A stretch of 63,151 bases of DNA, filler included, from Dugesia japonica (lineage: Eukaryota): NCBI GenBank assembly GCA_001938525.1. It is 6 parts of 6 records of this genome, joined end to end, with 100 filler letters (N's around TTAATTAATTAA, not from the genome) between each part and the next. Parts side by side here need not be neighbours in the genome. Positions count along the whole stretch, not along the records: positions 1 to 11,586 come from MQRL01620554.1; positions 11,687 to 24,133 come from MQRL01623972.1; 4 more parts are not named here. One strand, written 5' to 3'. A program made the translations under genes and the position numbers. The notes beneath the pieces are model-generated. The model was not told the DNA's origin, searched no databases, and worked only from the letters and a program-made list of their open reading frames with translations. Shown here piece by piece: positions 1 to 12,274 of this stretch. The stretch's first letter is position 1. Each line of letters opens with the position of its first letter.

Positions 1-27
1 GCGGCAGTGCGGACATATCTCACTACT

Positions 28-1056
28 GCCCTTAAAATCACCAACTATTATTCCACAATTCATATTCTTATCCAAATATCTAATATTTCTCACTATGGAT
101 TACATATATGCTGTGGTATAATTATAGTTTTCAAAATCTTTAGCATATATGTCTCGAAAATCAGTTTTTTTTCAAGGAAACAGAAACAGCATTTAAATTT
201 CGAAATTTTATACTATAGCTTTTATAATTACCATTATATGTTCTCTACTTTGAAATGTAACCAAAATAAAGCCAGGTAATCGATGATTACCAAAGATTTG
301 TTTATTATAAAATGATGAACTATATTTACTAATTGCAAATGCAACGACTTCATTGGTTCTTGTTACACAAATAGCATTTTGCATTTTAGCCCCAATTGAT
401 GAGCAGCTATTACTAAGGGTTCAACTCGTACACATCTAACCATTAATTTTGCATCTAGTAATACATATTTTAGTTCATAGGCTGCAGATTCCAAATAAAT
501 CTTAGAAGATGATCTTTGAAATCGAATATGAACATTGACTCCTGGAATAAGGTATTTTGGTTGATTCATAAAAATGAGTTGTAATGAACCGCATAGAGAC
601 AATTGCTTTGATATTGTAATAGACGTTTTTCTATCTGCTCCTGTTTTCTTTCCCATTGCTGCAGGACAGACATTCTTACTATCACCATTATAATTCATTA
701 TAGTTTCAATTAATGCTTTGTGAATATATGATCCATTTCTATCTTTAATTTTTATATTATCAAACGAAATAATTACATCTTTAAAAGGTTTTATGCAACA
801 TATAGTTACTAGGAACCTTATTATGAGTGTCAGCCAAATCTTTACCTGTCTTATCAACTACCTTTACTTTAATATAAAATGAAGTATCAATTAAATCCCA
901 ATTTTCTGTTTATGATCCATTTATAAAAACCTCCACGTCACTTTGTGATTCAGATATTGAATTCATAGGAAAGACATCTTCGAAAGTACCACTTTCAATT
1001 ACAGCTTGTGAAGATGGACGATCAAAAATAGATAATTCAGTTTTACCGCAAATCAT
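28..1056 (-). pseudogene. Polinton/Maverick (adintovirus-like) major capsid protein, disrupted, copy 1
   Basis: Minus-strand translation from ATG at 1056: MICGKTELSIFDRPSSQAVIESGTFEDVFP..., then FMNQPKYLIPGVNVHIRFQRS, DAKLMVRCVRV, IFGNHRLPGFILVTF, YNGNY. These are typical Polinton MCP motifs. Several frameshifts and stops; paralogous to 8622-9457. Confidence 0.85.
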
Positions 1057-1200
1057 ATTTCAAGTATTGTTCCATTTCCTTTCATTCGTTTGTTTATACG
1101 CGATGCGAGTGATTTTTTACGTTTTCTATAAGTTGGTATTGTTTTAGGTTGATTTGATAGCATATTAGTTATTTCAGATGGTATTACTTCAAATGTTTGC
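1053..1200 (-). pseudogene. C-terminal part of a small basic Polinton core-like protein preceding the MCP
   Basis: Translates to ...RKRKKSLASRINKRMKGNGTILEI*, homologous to ...KRKKSRSSGINQRMREHGTILD* of ORF 9457-9669. Confidence 0.7.
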
Positions 1201-3756
1201 TACAAATACAAATAATATTTGAATAAAACTACAAATTGAATAGGGGTGAATGATTTTTGGTATTTAGCAAAACTTTTCTATATGATTTTAATTTAAAGAT
1301 GAATACCGGTACTGCAATACCGTCCTGATAAGTAATGAATGGTGGGCTTAATGCTTCCTCACCACACGCAAATAATAAAGGTATTATTTTAGGTGACTGA
1401 TTTTAATACAACTTAAAAGATAGTATATCAGTTTATAAACCACTGTATTATTATAGCAATAACAATTAATAATTAATAAATATGAAACAAATAATATTTT
1501 ACAACAGATTTATATTTGTTCGAAATAATCAATTCAAAATTACCTTAAATTGCTATTTATTAGCTGTTAAAAAATTTCTAAAAAACTGCTAAAATTTAGT
1601 TTAGAGAAAATTTATAATGACAACTGCTATAATTTAGCTTCAAATTTATTACTGTTATTTAGCTTTGAATTTAATTCACTACTATTTAGCTTCAAAATTT
1701 GCCTGAAAATACTGAAATTCAGATCAGTATTTNTACTGATTTTTTAGAAAACAACTTGTGTGCGTAAATGTACTTAACCTTTAAAATTCCGAATTAACGA
1801 GAAAAATTATTGATTGCATTATTGTTACTAATTTTAGTTATTAGAATTTAATTTTTCATAAATAAATTAATATTGCGATTTGAATTAAATAAAGTTATTG
1901 TATTTAAACAAACTAAAAAATAATTAACTAAATAAATCTAAATATATAAAATATGAAACTAATTATATTATTAATGTAAGCCTAGATTAAAACCCTAGCA
2001 TACTCTTGAAAATCCCCTGAAATTTATTTCTGAAATGAATTAATATTTGCAGAAATATAATTTTTAAATAATTTGTTGTTTTCACCACATATTTCGACGT
2101 TGGTACATAAATAAATGTAATATTTAATATCAAATTTATTCAAATTTCATGTGTTAAATATTGTATTCACGAAGTTCACGTGTGTATGTGTATGTGTTGC
2201 GTTAATGAATTTATTCTGATAATTTAACTTAATTTTCTTTATTAACAAAGTTTTTTTCATTCATTTTCTTCTTTCATCTAAATATGAAAAAAATCAGCTA
2301 GGGAAGTTAGTAAAATTTATTTTCAGAAAATTACATGAGCAATTTACGCAATTTTTCGTTTAATAAACTTTTCAAGTTTTATTTTTATTTAAAATTCAAA
2401 CCATCAAGTAGTAAATTAAGAAACTTATTCTTATTCATTAATTTCATTTAATTAATGAATAAACAACTCGTCTAAACGATAAGCAATGNNNNNTGTTGCT
2501 ACAAAAAATGTATGGAGAGAAAAATTTATTTATTTTTACTTATTGATTAATCATATTAATTGATATGTAATTTGTAATTTGCAGATATTGATTACTTAAT
2601 ATTTATTATATAGATGGAATGTTATAATGAATCTTTTATTGATGGCAATTTGTCTACACCAAAGATAACTTGGAAACATAGTNNNNNNNNNNNNNNNNNN
2701 NNNNNNNNNNNNNNNNNNNNNNNNNNNNNNNNTCCTGGCTACGCTACTGATGGTCATACAAGATAATTAACAAGTAAACAACTTAAAAAAAATATTGAAA
2801 TGGTTGAGACCTTGCCAGAGCAAATTATGGAAGTTAAATAGAATATTGAACCAAACCTCTCAATTCGCAGAACGATAAATAATATTATTCGTTTATACAA
2901 AGAAATGTATTAAGAGAACAATCTACAGATATCGATATCACAATTTTTAGAGAAAAAAATAAATTTTTAAAAGATTTTAAAAATAATTTCTAAAAACACA
3001 TGCAATTTTTTGAACGAAATGTTTTGCATGCATTGAGTTTCTCGATTTGTCCGTTTCAACAGCACCAGGAATATTAATGGAACCGAGTACTAAGCGATTT
3101 ATATATAGTAAAAAATTTAATTAATGAATAAACAACTCGTCTAAACGATAAGCAATGCAACTTGTTGCTACAAAAAATGTATGGAGAGAAAAATTTATTT
3201 ATTTTTANNNNNNNNNNNNNNNNNNNNNNNNNNNNNNNNNNNNNNNNNNNNNNNNNNNNNNNNNNNNNNNNNNNNNNTATAGATGGAATGTTATAATGAA
3301 TCTTTTATTGATGGCAATTTGTCTACACCAAAGATAACTTGGAAACATAGTAAATTTAATTATAAAAAATGAATTGCATTTTAAGTTGTTTGCAATTAGT
3401 AATATAGATCTGTGTAACTATTTTTTTAATTTTCTGTAACAAAAGTTTGAATATTTTTATAATTTATATTGAATAAATAATTAATTATGACTCNNNNNNN
3501 NNNNNNNNNNNNNNNNNNNNNNNNNNNNNNNNNNNNNNNNNNNNNNNNNNNNNNNNNNNNTAAGTAAATTGCGGTTTTTACAATTTTCGCTTTTGATGAT
3601 TTACTAACTAAATTTTTTTTATTATAAAGTATGTAATAATTTTGAAACGCGTTTTTCATTAAAGTAATATTATAAAAATTTTATTTTAATTAATTATTGA
3701 AAATTTTCCTCTGCACTTATAGAAAAGATGAAAAATAAATATATTAAAATAAATTT

Positions 3757-4560
3757 TCTATGAGTTCAAAAAAAGGTAATAAAGTTGCGTTGACTACTCG
3801 AAATATTGATGTTGATAAAGGGACCGAAAGCGAACGTTAGTTTTGAAAATTTAAAAGTGAAGATGAAGGTTTTTAAAATGACTAAGAACGTTAAAAGAAC
3901 CTTGCAATTAACATTGATGAATTGAAGAAGTTAGTCAAAACCTATCCCCGTAGAAATCGGGTATAACTCACGAATTGACAGAAAATCAAAAAAATTGTGA
4001 TTATGTGGTATCGCCAGTAGGTGTTTTGCGCGACAGAAAAGAACTGTTTCTTGATCAAATTGTGATGCATGACGAAAAGGAATACAACAAACGTCGACAT
4101 TCTGCGCGAGGGTTAAATTAAAATTAAGCTCCTAAACATTTTCTTTAGAAAAAGCTGTGTCAATGGAAAGTTAGAGACTGTTTGGGGATATCTCCAGGTT
4201 AGATCCATGACAGCTTCGTGAATACTGGTGAAACAATTACAACAGAAGCTTATTACGATTAAGTTGCTGAAATTAATCAAAAACGAAAACTACTTTATCC
4301 AGTACTTTTTCATTAACAGAAAGAAGCCACTACTTCTCTATGACAGTGCCCGATCACTCATTACACAATCTACGCTACAAAATTTAAACCAAATAGGCCA
4401 TAAAATTCTGACTCACTCAGCATAATTTTCTACTGATAAACATTTTTCAAACATTTAGACAAGTTTTTGAACAGAAAAATATTCAACAGCCTTGAGGCTG
4501 TGATTAATGCCTTCAAAAAATTTGTTTCACCTAGTTCTCCGGATTTCTATTCTATTTGTG
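3757..4560 (+). mobile_element. Degenerate mariner transposase relic
   Basis: YEFKKG-type N-terminus, HDEK, LLYDSARSL (HDNARPH equivalent) and HFFKHLDKFL C-terminal block; many stops and frameshifts. Confidence 0.75.
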
Positions 4561-4740
4561 TATACTCGAAAACTTTAGATAAAAAATGAATTGACACGAA
4601 AAAATTATATTTGAAAAGAATAAAATATAAAAAGTAAATTTTCATTAAAATAAAGTTCTTTTGCAATACGATCCTGATTTTCACTAATTTATTTAACCAC
4701 TACATGACACATTCTCTCTGCAACATATGTGGCTATTACT

Positions 4741-6560
4741 AGTAAATAGATAGTAGCGGAGAACCTCGGGACACGTTCGATTACATCATCATAGGATAAA
4801 TGACGTAATTAAACTTAATCCTAATGTTTTTTCCTTGTGTATTTAGTTGGGAAAATTTTTGCACACAAATTATGTCCTGAGATTAATTATATCGGTGAAA
4901 TTTTACGTAATATGATTAAGAGAGGGTACTTTTTCCAGTGTATTTAGTTGAAAAATTTTTTAGGCTTAATAAGCGGCACTATTTTTTAGGCTTTTTAAGT
5001 GGTAATATTTTTTAGGCTTTTTTAGTTAATAAATTTTTTATACTTTTTAAGCAGCAATAATTTTTCAAGCATTTTAGTTAAGAAAGTTTTTTAGGCTTTT
5101 TAAGAAGTAAAAGTATGGTAGACTTTTTACTTGGGAATTTATTCGGTGAAGTCGAATAAGGTCTATTTTTAGTTAATTCAGGGGAATTTAGCCGAATATT
5201 TCCTCGGGAATGGTTAGTTTGGTTCATTTTTGGGCGATTTGGTCAATTATTTCTTCGGGATTGGTCAGTTTGGGCAAACTTGGTTGGTTTTAGGTAATTT
5301 TTGGACTATTTGGTTAGGAATTTATTCAGTGAGGTTGATTTTTGATTGTTTTTAGATGATTTTTGTCAAAAGTTTTCTCGGTGAGGTTAAATAAGGCCAA
5401 CGTTTTGTTGGTTCAGGTGAATATGATCCAATATTTCCTCGGGATTTATATTTTTTGGTAGTTTAGATGAAATTGGTTGAGAATTTCTAGGTGAGGTCGA
5501 ATCTAGGCAAACTTGGTCGGTTTTAGATGAATTCGGTCAAATGTTTTTCTTCGGGAATTGTTAATTTGGGTAATTTTCAAGAGAATTAGTCGAAGATTTT
5601 CTCGGAAATAGAAAATTTGGGTAATTTGTAGGTGAAATTGGTAAATTATTTTCTCAGAAATTATTAATTTGGGTCAGTTTTGGACAATTTGGTCAATCAT
5701 TTACTCTGTATTGACATACTTGATAAATGATTTGGTCACAAGGGTAATTTTTTAAGTTAATTCGGTCGAATATTTCCTCAAGAATGGTTAATTCAGGTTG
5801 GATTTGGACGATTTTGGCAATTATTTACTCACAATGGTTAGTTTTAGGTGAATTTGACTGATAATTTTCTTGGTCTGGCTAGTTTTGATTAAATTTTAAA
5901 TAAATTCATGTGAAAAGTGGAATTTGTTTAAATTTTCAAATTTTTTAAAAAATTTTTATGGAATCCGGACAAACCGTTCATGTTGTTTAAATAATATGAA
6001 AATTTAAAATTTTTTAAATGAAGTTTTTATGGGAGTCTGGGTGAACAGTCTACATTTTTGAAAATATATGTTCTATATCTCAGATTTTAAAGAATTTTAT
6101 AGCAAACTGCTGAAAATTTTACGCGATCATTTTACACAAATAAAAAATTTTCGAAAATATTTTCCATCTTAAAAATGTTAAGAAAGTGTCTATTCGATAG
6201 ACAAACTTTTGCTTATTCCAAATATGTTAACTTAAAATCGTCAAAGTTAATACTCGATGAAATAAATGGGGTTTAGTGGTGAAAAAATCTCAAATATTTT
6301 GAATTTTTGTACTCAATTTTCTCTGCTTTTATAACTCGAATTATTTCAAATTTGGTATTATTTTACTCAGGAAGAAAAGTGACTAAGCAAAGTTAAAATA
6401 TCGTTTCAGGAAAAAAAATTCCTAATGAATATGTATAGCCGTCCTCCCGGATTTGTTAACTTTTTTATAAAATATCAAAAGTATCTCAAAGTCTATAATA
6501 AAATCATCTATTTGATAAAGAATTTTTCGTTGATCAAGAATAACATCATAATTAACATAA
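4741..6560 (+). repeat. Non-coding repeat starting with an AGTA..GATAGTAGCGG terminus, followed by G/T-skewed degenerate tandem repeats; probable Polinton-related terminal region
   Basis: 4741-4890 is homologous to 62997-63151. About 5150-6560 is homologous to 30890-32290 (shared blocks such as CTCAATTTTCTCTGC and TTTTACTCAGGA..AAAAGTGACT..CAAAGTTAAAATATCGT). Confidence 0.6.
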
Positions 6561-8154
6561 CATAATAAATGATTGTTTTAAGATATAATTTTTAAAATAT
6601 TAAACGAACAGTTCCCAAATCTTAAGAATAAATCAGTTAACTAGGCACCAGAAGTATACTGGTACAAAATCAAGCAAATACACAAATATCAATGTCCATT
6701 CAATAACCAAAACATACTTATATGATACAATCAAATGTTCAAATAGATGCGACTGCTGTGTAAGATTAAAGCTAAGAAATACAATCAATCGTTTTATACA
6801 ATAAAACTTTGTATATTTATTGGTTTATTTCAAAGATATGTTATTTAATTGTTATTTATATCCAAGTGTAAATGAATATTAATACAATTAATAACATACG
6901 GATCTCATCATTATTAATATTAGTTTCAATAGACAAAGTTATGGTTTCATCATTAAAAACATCGGGTTTATCATGAAAATACTGGTTTGGTGATGGTAAA
7001 TACAAGCTTTATCATGTAAATAATGTTTTTATAATGAAAATATTGGTTTTATCATTGATTATAAGACCCTTAAATTATATATATTCTATATACTACATTA
7101 TGATTTATTGATATTTTCAACACTTAGACCAATACAGAGATAAGTAAGTAATACTTATTCAACTATTCCTTATTTAAACTAGGTTTCACTTCATTCTTAG
7201 TAAGTATTTTAAGATTTTATAAAATTACATAGTAGTTGACAACGATTATCTGAAATGGCATAGTAATAGTTAAAACGTTATGAAATTACATATTAGTTTA
7301 TAAAAGGCATATAAAATTGCACAATAGTTAATAAAATTAATCGGAAATTTCATAGAAATCGATAATTTTTTCAAAATCATATGTAAAAGAATGGGAAAAT
7401 AATTCAATTAAACCATAGAAGTAACAAATTATTTTATGAAATTTCATAGCAGTCGATAAAAATAATATAATATTGTATAGTCGTCACAAAATACTCTTTG
7501 AAATTGTAAAGAAGTATTAAAACATTTTATTAATTTGTATAGAAGTATGCCAGATGAATGCATAATGTGGTATATTTCATACCTAATATGAGCTTACAAT
7601 ATGATTACAATATAAGTTCAAAATTAGTGCAATATTAATATTAATCATGTGGTGTTCTAGCATCATTCAAGGAATACATGGATAATAATGATTCTAATAC
7701 TGACAAGTTTCATGAACCACTGATTCATTCATATAATTACTTAGTAAAACATCTTGATTTCAAATGCTTATATTTGCAGGTAGAATATGTAAACATATAC
7801 AACTCTCACTATCATCACGTATTAACATATACAATATTTGTTATCATCACTTTTATATTGATTATTCAGTTAATAGGTTAATCTGTTAATCGCTTATTCC
7901 AAATAGCCAGCTCTATAATTCAAATATTAACCCTTAATCCATACTTTACAGACAATAAACTCAAATAAACCGGTTATTAATTATTCCAACATTTTTATCT
8001 TTATTTAGTAAATTCCTTTGAAAATAGACCCTCTAATTTTTAGAATAAGTTATTAAACCAATCACTTGTCTATTCATTCTAAATAATCCAATAGCTTAAG
8101 ACATTTGACTATTAATTTCAATGAAATATTAACCAAGTTCTTAAATCTCTATGG

Positions 8155-8615
8155 ATTTTCTTGGCATGGCGTACATAGTAGTGTCCGTTTGAATTCTTTC
8201 GCAGATAGGTATATGTTTTTCAAAAGTCTACTCCAAACGAAATCCATTAAAACAATGGGGACATCATAATGTCTGTATCCTTACTCAATTTGATTTTATA
8301 TCCCGGTTCATTAAAAGATTTAAATGTAATACTGCGGTATAATTAATTTATCTTTGTTTTCAATCAGTAATAAATTAATCTTCTTTCCACCAAAAACTTT
8401 TGATCGATGTATGATTTCGAGGTTCGGATATTTCATTACCACATCATCTTCACTGTCTTCAATACATTGTGAATTCCATTATAAGACATTTATTGAAAAA
8501 CACGGATTTCTTTTTTCAAACTTTCTAATATCTTTTTATTTCATCGGTAAATCCACTTCATTATACTTTAATTCGGACTTTAATCCTTCGATAATCAGTG
8601 TTTTTCGATAAGGGA
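8155..8615 (-). pseudogene. Polinton protein-primed DNA polymerase B, N-terminal region fragment
   Basis: Minus strand reads LKYNEVDLPMK*KDIRKFEKRNPCFSINV...KINLLLIE...YTAV...CPHCFNGF...FEKHIPIC...MP, matching the 'FP.K.KDI.KFEK.N..SINV...NLLLI...HY...C..C...F....H...C' block of Polinton PolB. Not annotated in the ORF track. Confidence 0.7.
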
Positions 8616-8621
8616 AAGGAA

Positions 8622-9457
8622 AGTAGCATTGAGGTGTCTAAATATTGAACTTGAGCTTTTATAGCCTCCATTTAATTGTTCTTCACTTTGAAATGTGATT
8701 AGAATAAAGTTACGCAAACGACGATTGCCAAATATTTACACCTTGTTTTAAAATGAAGAACTATCTTTATTAATAGCAAAAGCAACTATTTCCTGGTTTC
8801 TTATTGGTTACATGGCATTTTGCTAATATAACTCAATGCAGAAAGATCAACTCGTACGCGTCTAACCAATAATTTTGGATCCATTATTTCACATCTAGGT
8901 TCATCATTTAGAGATTCTAAACACATTTCAGAAGATGCTCTTTTCATTCGAATTTGAACATTAACTAGAGAAATCAGATATTTTTCTTGATCCATAAAGT
9001 CAAATTGTATTGATTCACACAGAGAATGATTTCTTTATACTCTTTTTTCTATTTGCTTCTGTTCCATATCCCATTGCAGTAAGACATATATGCTTACTAT
9101 CACCATTATAATTCAGTAAAATTTCAATCAATGCTTTTTGAATATAAGTTCCATTTTCCCCTTCAATTTTGTAAATACTAAATGACAGAATTACATATTT
9201 GAACAAGGTGTGAAACATAGTTTCTGACTTCTCATCCAATTCCTTTCTAGGCTTATCAACTACTTTTACTTGTATAGACAAGAGAGTATCATTCAAATCT
9301 AAATATTCAGTTTTTGAACCATTTATAATAAAAACCACATCATTTTTTAGATCAGATATTGGATTAATTGGAAACACATCTTCAAAGATCCATACTCAAT
9401 AACCGCATATGGAGATGGTTGATCAAAAATACACAATTCAGTTTTTCCGCAAATCAT
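8622..9457 (-). pseudogene. Polinton major capsid protein, disrupted and 3'-truncated, copy 2
   Basis: MICGKTELCIFDQPSP..., FIINGSKTEYLDLNDTLL.I.VKVV, MDQEKYLISLVNVQIRMKR, PKLLVRRVRV, IFGNRRL. Confidence 0.85.
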
Positions 9458-9903
9458 TAATCGAGTATAGTTCCATGTTCTCTCATTCGTTGGTTTATAC
9501 CTGATGACCTTGATTTCTTACGTTTTTTATTTTGTTTTGCAAGTTGTTTTCTATGTTGTTTTGTTATAGTATTAGTTATACTATTGGGTATCTTGCTAGC
9601 CATGTTTGTTGGCAACATGCTTGGTACTTTCGGTATCATATTGGTTACTCCAGACGGTAATGAAGACACTACATTTCTAAGTTCAGCTAATGTATTTTAT
9701 TTTAGGGTTGGTAGTATTTTTCCGTTATTTGCTAGCACATTCTGAGAAATTTTCATACCAAATGAACCAATAAATTAAGGAATTGGCAAAGCATATCTTC
9801 CAATTGTTTGCAACCAACCAGATCCATACTGTTTTCCAATAAAGTATGGCAATTCACCACAAACTTGACCGGTATTAAACAATACTACAATTTCAGGATT
9901 CGT
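9457..9903 (-). pseudogene. Polinton/adintovirus small virion protein with amphipathic helix and basic tail (pVI-/cupiennin-like)
   Basis: Reconstructed (M>T)NPEIVVLFNTGQVCGELPYFIGKQYGSGWLQTIGRYALPIP*FIGSFGMKISQNVLANNGK...KRKKSRSS; lies between penton and MCP; two internal stops. Confidence 0.6.
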
Positions 9904-10950
9904 TTATTTTTCGAAAATGTAATGTTAAATGAGTTTTTATATCTTTTGTAAACGAAATTAGTTGTTCGCTATCATCACGTTTCTAAATTGTATATACGCG
10001 ATGTAGAAATAGGCAAATACGTGAGATTATCAATAATTCTTTGAACCACTTTATCATTTTCCTGTTTATTTAAATAAACTGTTTTCAAAAGAGGAACATT
10101 TACATCACCTACAATGATCGGTTTGACAATACTACTATAGATGAACATTTGATTATTACACTTTAGTAGTTTAGGTTTCTTAATATTCTTGAATATTTTA
10201 CCTGGTACATTGATGTTAGTTTGAATATATTGCGGTGTTTCTAATTTAAGAGTATTTATCAAGATTGAATTGAATGTAATACTTCTAATTTTATATCTTA
10301 TTTCAAATTTCAATAACTGATCAAGCTTTAATGTTAATGATTTAAATAGTTTTGAACAGTTTTTATTAATATATTTATTTAATTGATTTAAATTCTTTAT
10401 GAATAATTCATCCTCAAATCAAAAAAAAGTTAAAGAAACTATAACTAAGTTTTATTCTTTCAATAGGGTCATCGGTTTTAAATGATTGTATGTTAATTGA
10501 AATTTGATGGTCAAAATAATGGTTAATTGTTTTATTTAAATTAAATCGTTTTGCATTCTCCTCACTATCAATTGACAAAACACTCTCTGAACAAACCGTA
10601 CTAGTATAATTACAAAATGTAATGGTATTTCGATTTGACAATATATGGGTATCAACACCACTAAATGTTAGCTGTGGTCTTACATAATATAAACTGATTG
10701 ACTTGCTTTTGTTGTCAATAGTAACAATTATTTCTCGTATTATAAGATGAAATTCTTGATATTGAATCTCGACATTACTATGATACGGAAAAGGAGAATA
10801 TACATATGTGAAATCTATCATGGCTACTTCCCAATTACCTTCCAAGTAAATCGGATTTTGAAGCTCAACATTAAACTTGCTAGCTGTATTTTTCAGGTGA
10901 ATAATAGGACTACTATTACTTGGTAAAAGTGTAAAGAAATTATTTCTCAT
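9893..10950 (-). pseudogene. Polinton minor capsid protein (penton), frameshifted
   Basis: N-terminal FFTLLPSNSS...NTASKFNVELQNPIYLEGNWEVAM; C-terminal MFIYSSIVKPIIVGDVNVPLLKTV and LTLHFRK. Confidence 0.85.
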
Positions 10951-10963
10951 TGTTGATTAAATA

Positions 10964-11308
10964 CTATGCAGATATCCAACTAGGATATTTATATACATGC
11001 CACTTTACATAATATTGTTTATTCTGTTTTGTACCTTTTAGCCTTACAATTTTTTCAATTCTGAATACTGATTTCGGAGGAATCACTTGTAGTTCCTGTT
11101 CATAAAACTTTCCCTGCACAATATTATTCTCATAATCTTTAATGACATACATGACAAGATTCTGACTGGTATTGATTTTAAATATTTGAAACACCTCATC
11201 ACTCCAATAAGTATTAAAATTCTTAATGAATGAAAAAGTCGATACCTTTGAAATTCTAACGTTGTCACCAACTTTATATTTTGGTTTTTTTATTTGCTTT
11301 AAATGCAT
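10964..11308 (-). pseudogene. Polinton retroviral-type integrase, C-terminal region with chromodomain (DDE core missing)
   Basis: PKYKVGDNVRISK..F.K....WSDEVFQI...GKFYEQELQ...FRIEKIV...YYVKW..Y..SWI. Confidence 0.85.
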
Positions 11309-11391
11309 TTATGATATTAAAATTAAAAAATCTATATATTTATTTGTCCTGTGCGCTACTATCCCACTACTCTATATTTATAAGATAAGGA

Positions 11392-11586
11392 CTGCAATCG
11401 GTAATAGACAAATAGGACGATGTTTTAGCAAAAAATGAATTTGATATGGGTGAAGCAGATATTATTCAACATGCTATCAACACGGATAATACCAAACCTA
11501 TCAAGCGAAGACCATATGTTGCACCATATAAATTAAGGGAGGAAGTTAAACGACAAATAAAATAATTAAAAAATAATGAAATAATA
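11392..11586 (+). mobile_element. Gypsy pol fragment (pre-RT region), same family as 33077-38553
   Basis: EFDMGEADIIQHAINTDNTKPIKRRPYVAPYKLREEVKRQI versus EFDMGGTNIIKHIIDTSNARPIKQRPYVAPYALRPEIKRQV at about 35380-35500. Confidence 0.8.
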
Positions 11587-11686
11587 NNNNNNNNNNNNNN
11601 NNNNNNNNNNNNNNNNNNNNNNNNNNNNNNTTAATTAATTAANNNNNNNNNNNNNNNNNNNNNNNNNNNNNNNNNNNNNNNNNNNN
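11587..11686. other. Artificial contig spacer
   Basis: 44 N + TTAATTAATTAA (stops in all six frames) + 44 N. Confidence 0.95.
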
Positions 11687-12075
11687 ATTTGTGTATTCCA
11701 CGAAGCCAGACAACCCCATAAGTTCTGCATCAAGATAAATTCGGAAAGAAGGTCATGATTTGTGTCTGGTGGAACTTTAAAAGTGTTACGCGCTTCGAAC
11801 TGGTTCCGAATGGTCGTGTTATCGATGCTGAACTCTACTGTCAGCAACTTGGCTGTGTTTACGATAGATTGGTGGAGAATTATCCCACTTTAACCCGCCT
11901 TATTTAACCAGAACAACTCCTAGAAGACAAGGAGAATCGGTAATGTTACACAGTGTCGAGGTTTTACAGCTCAGACGTTACACCATCTGACTGCAGTCTT
12001 TCCAGATCTATGTAGCACTATTTGAATGGTTCTCGATTTCAGTCTTTTGATGAAATTGAAAAGCCGTGCTAATAG
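11687..12075 (+). mobile_element. Mariner transposase 3' relic, inside an intron of the MTCH-like gene
   Basis: KKVMICVWWNFKSV..FEL....IDAELYCQQL; SDVTPSDCSLSRSM.HYLNG.RF.SFDEI. Confidence 0.8.
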
Positions 12076-12274
12076 TTATTCACAGCTTAATTAATATTAA
12101 TTTTATCATTAAAAAAATATTGAAATTGTTCAGTTTATTTCTATTTTTTTAATCCTTAAAATTTAGTGTTGATAGTTTTCAAACATAGTTTTTATTAATT
12201 AAGTAATACGCAGTTTGAATTTTGTAATAACAATAAAGCATTATTAAAATGAAAATATTAATTAAATTAATTAC

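Noticed and set aside
7-279. Plus-strand ORFs such as 7-279, 8354-8611, 17111-17311 and the minus-strand ORFs inside 33887-38519
   Set aside because: Antisense shadows of recognised viral or TE genes.
2452-3352. Direct repeat of about 230 bp (2452-2682 vs 3119-3352)
   Set aside because: Identical and interleaved with N gaps; probable scaffolding artefact.
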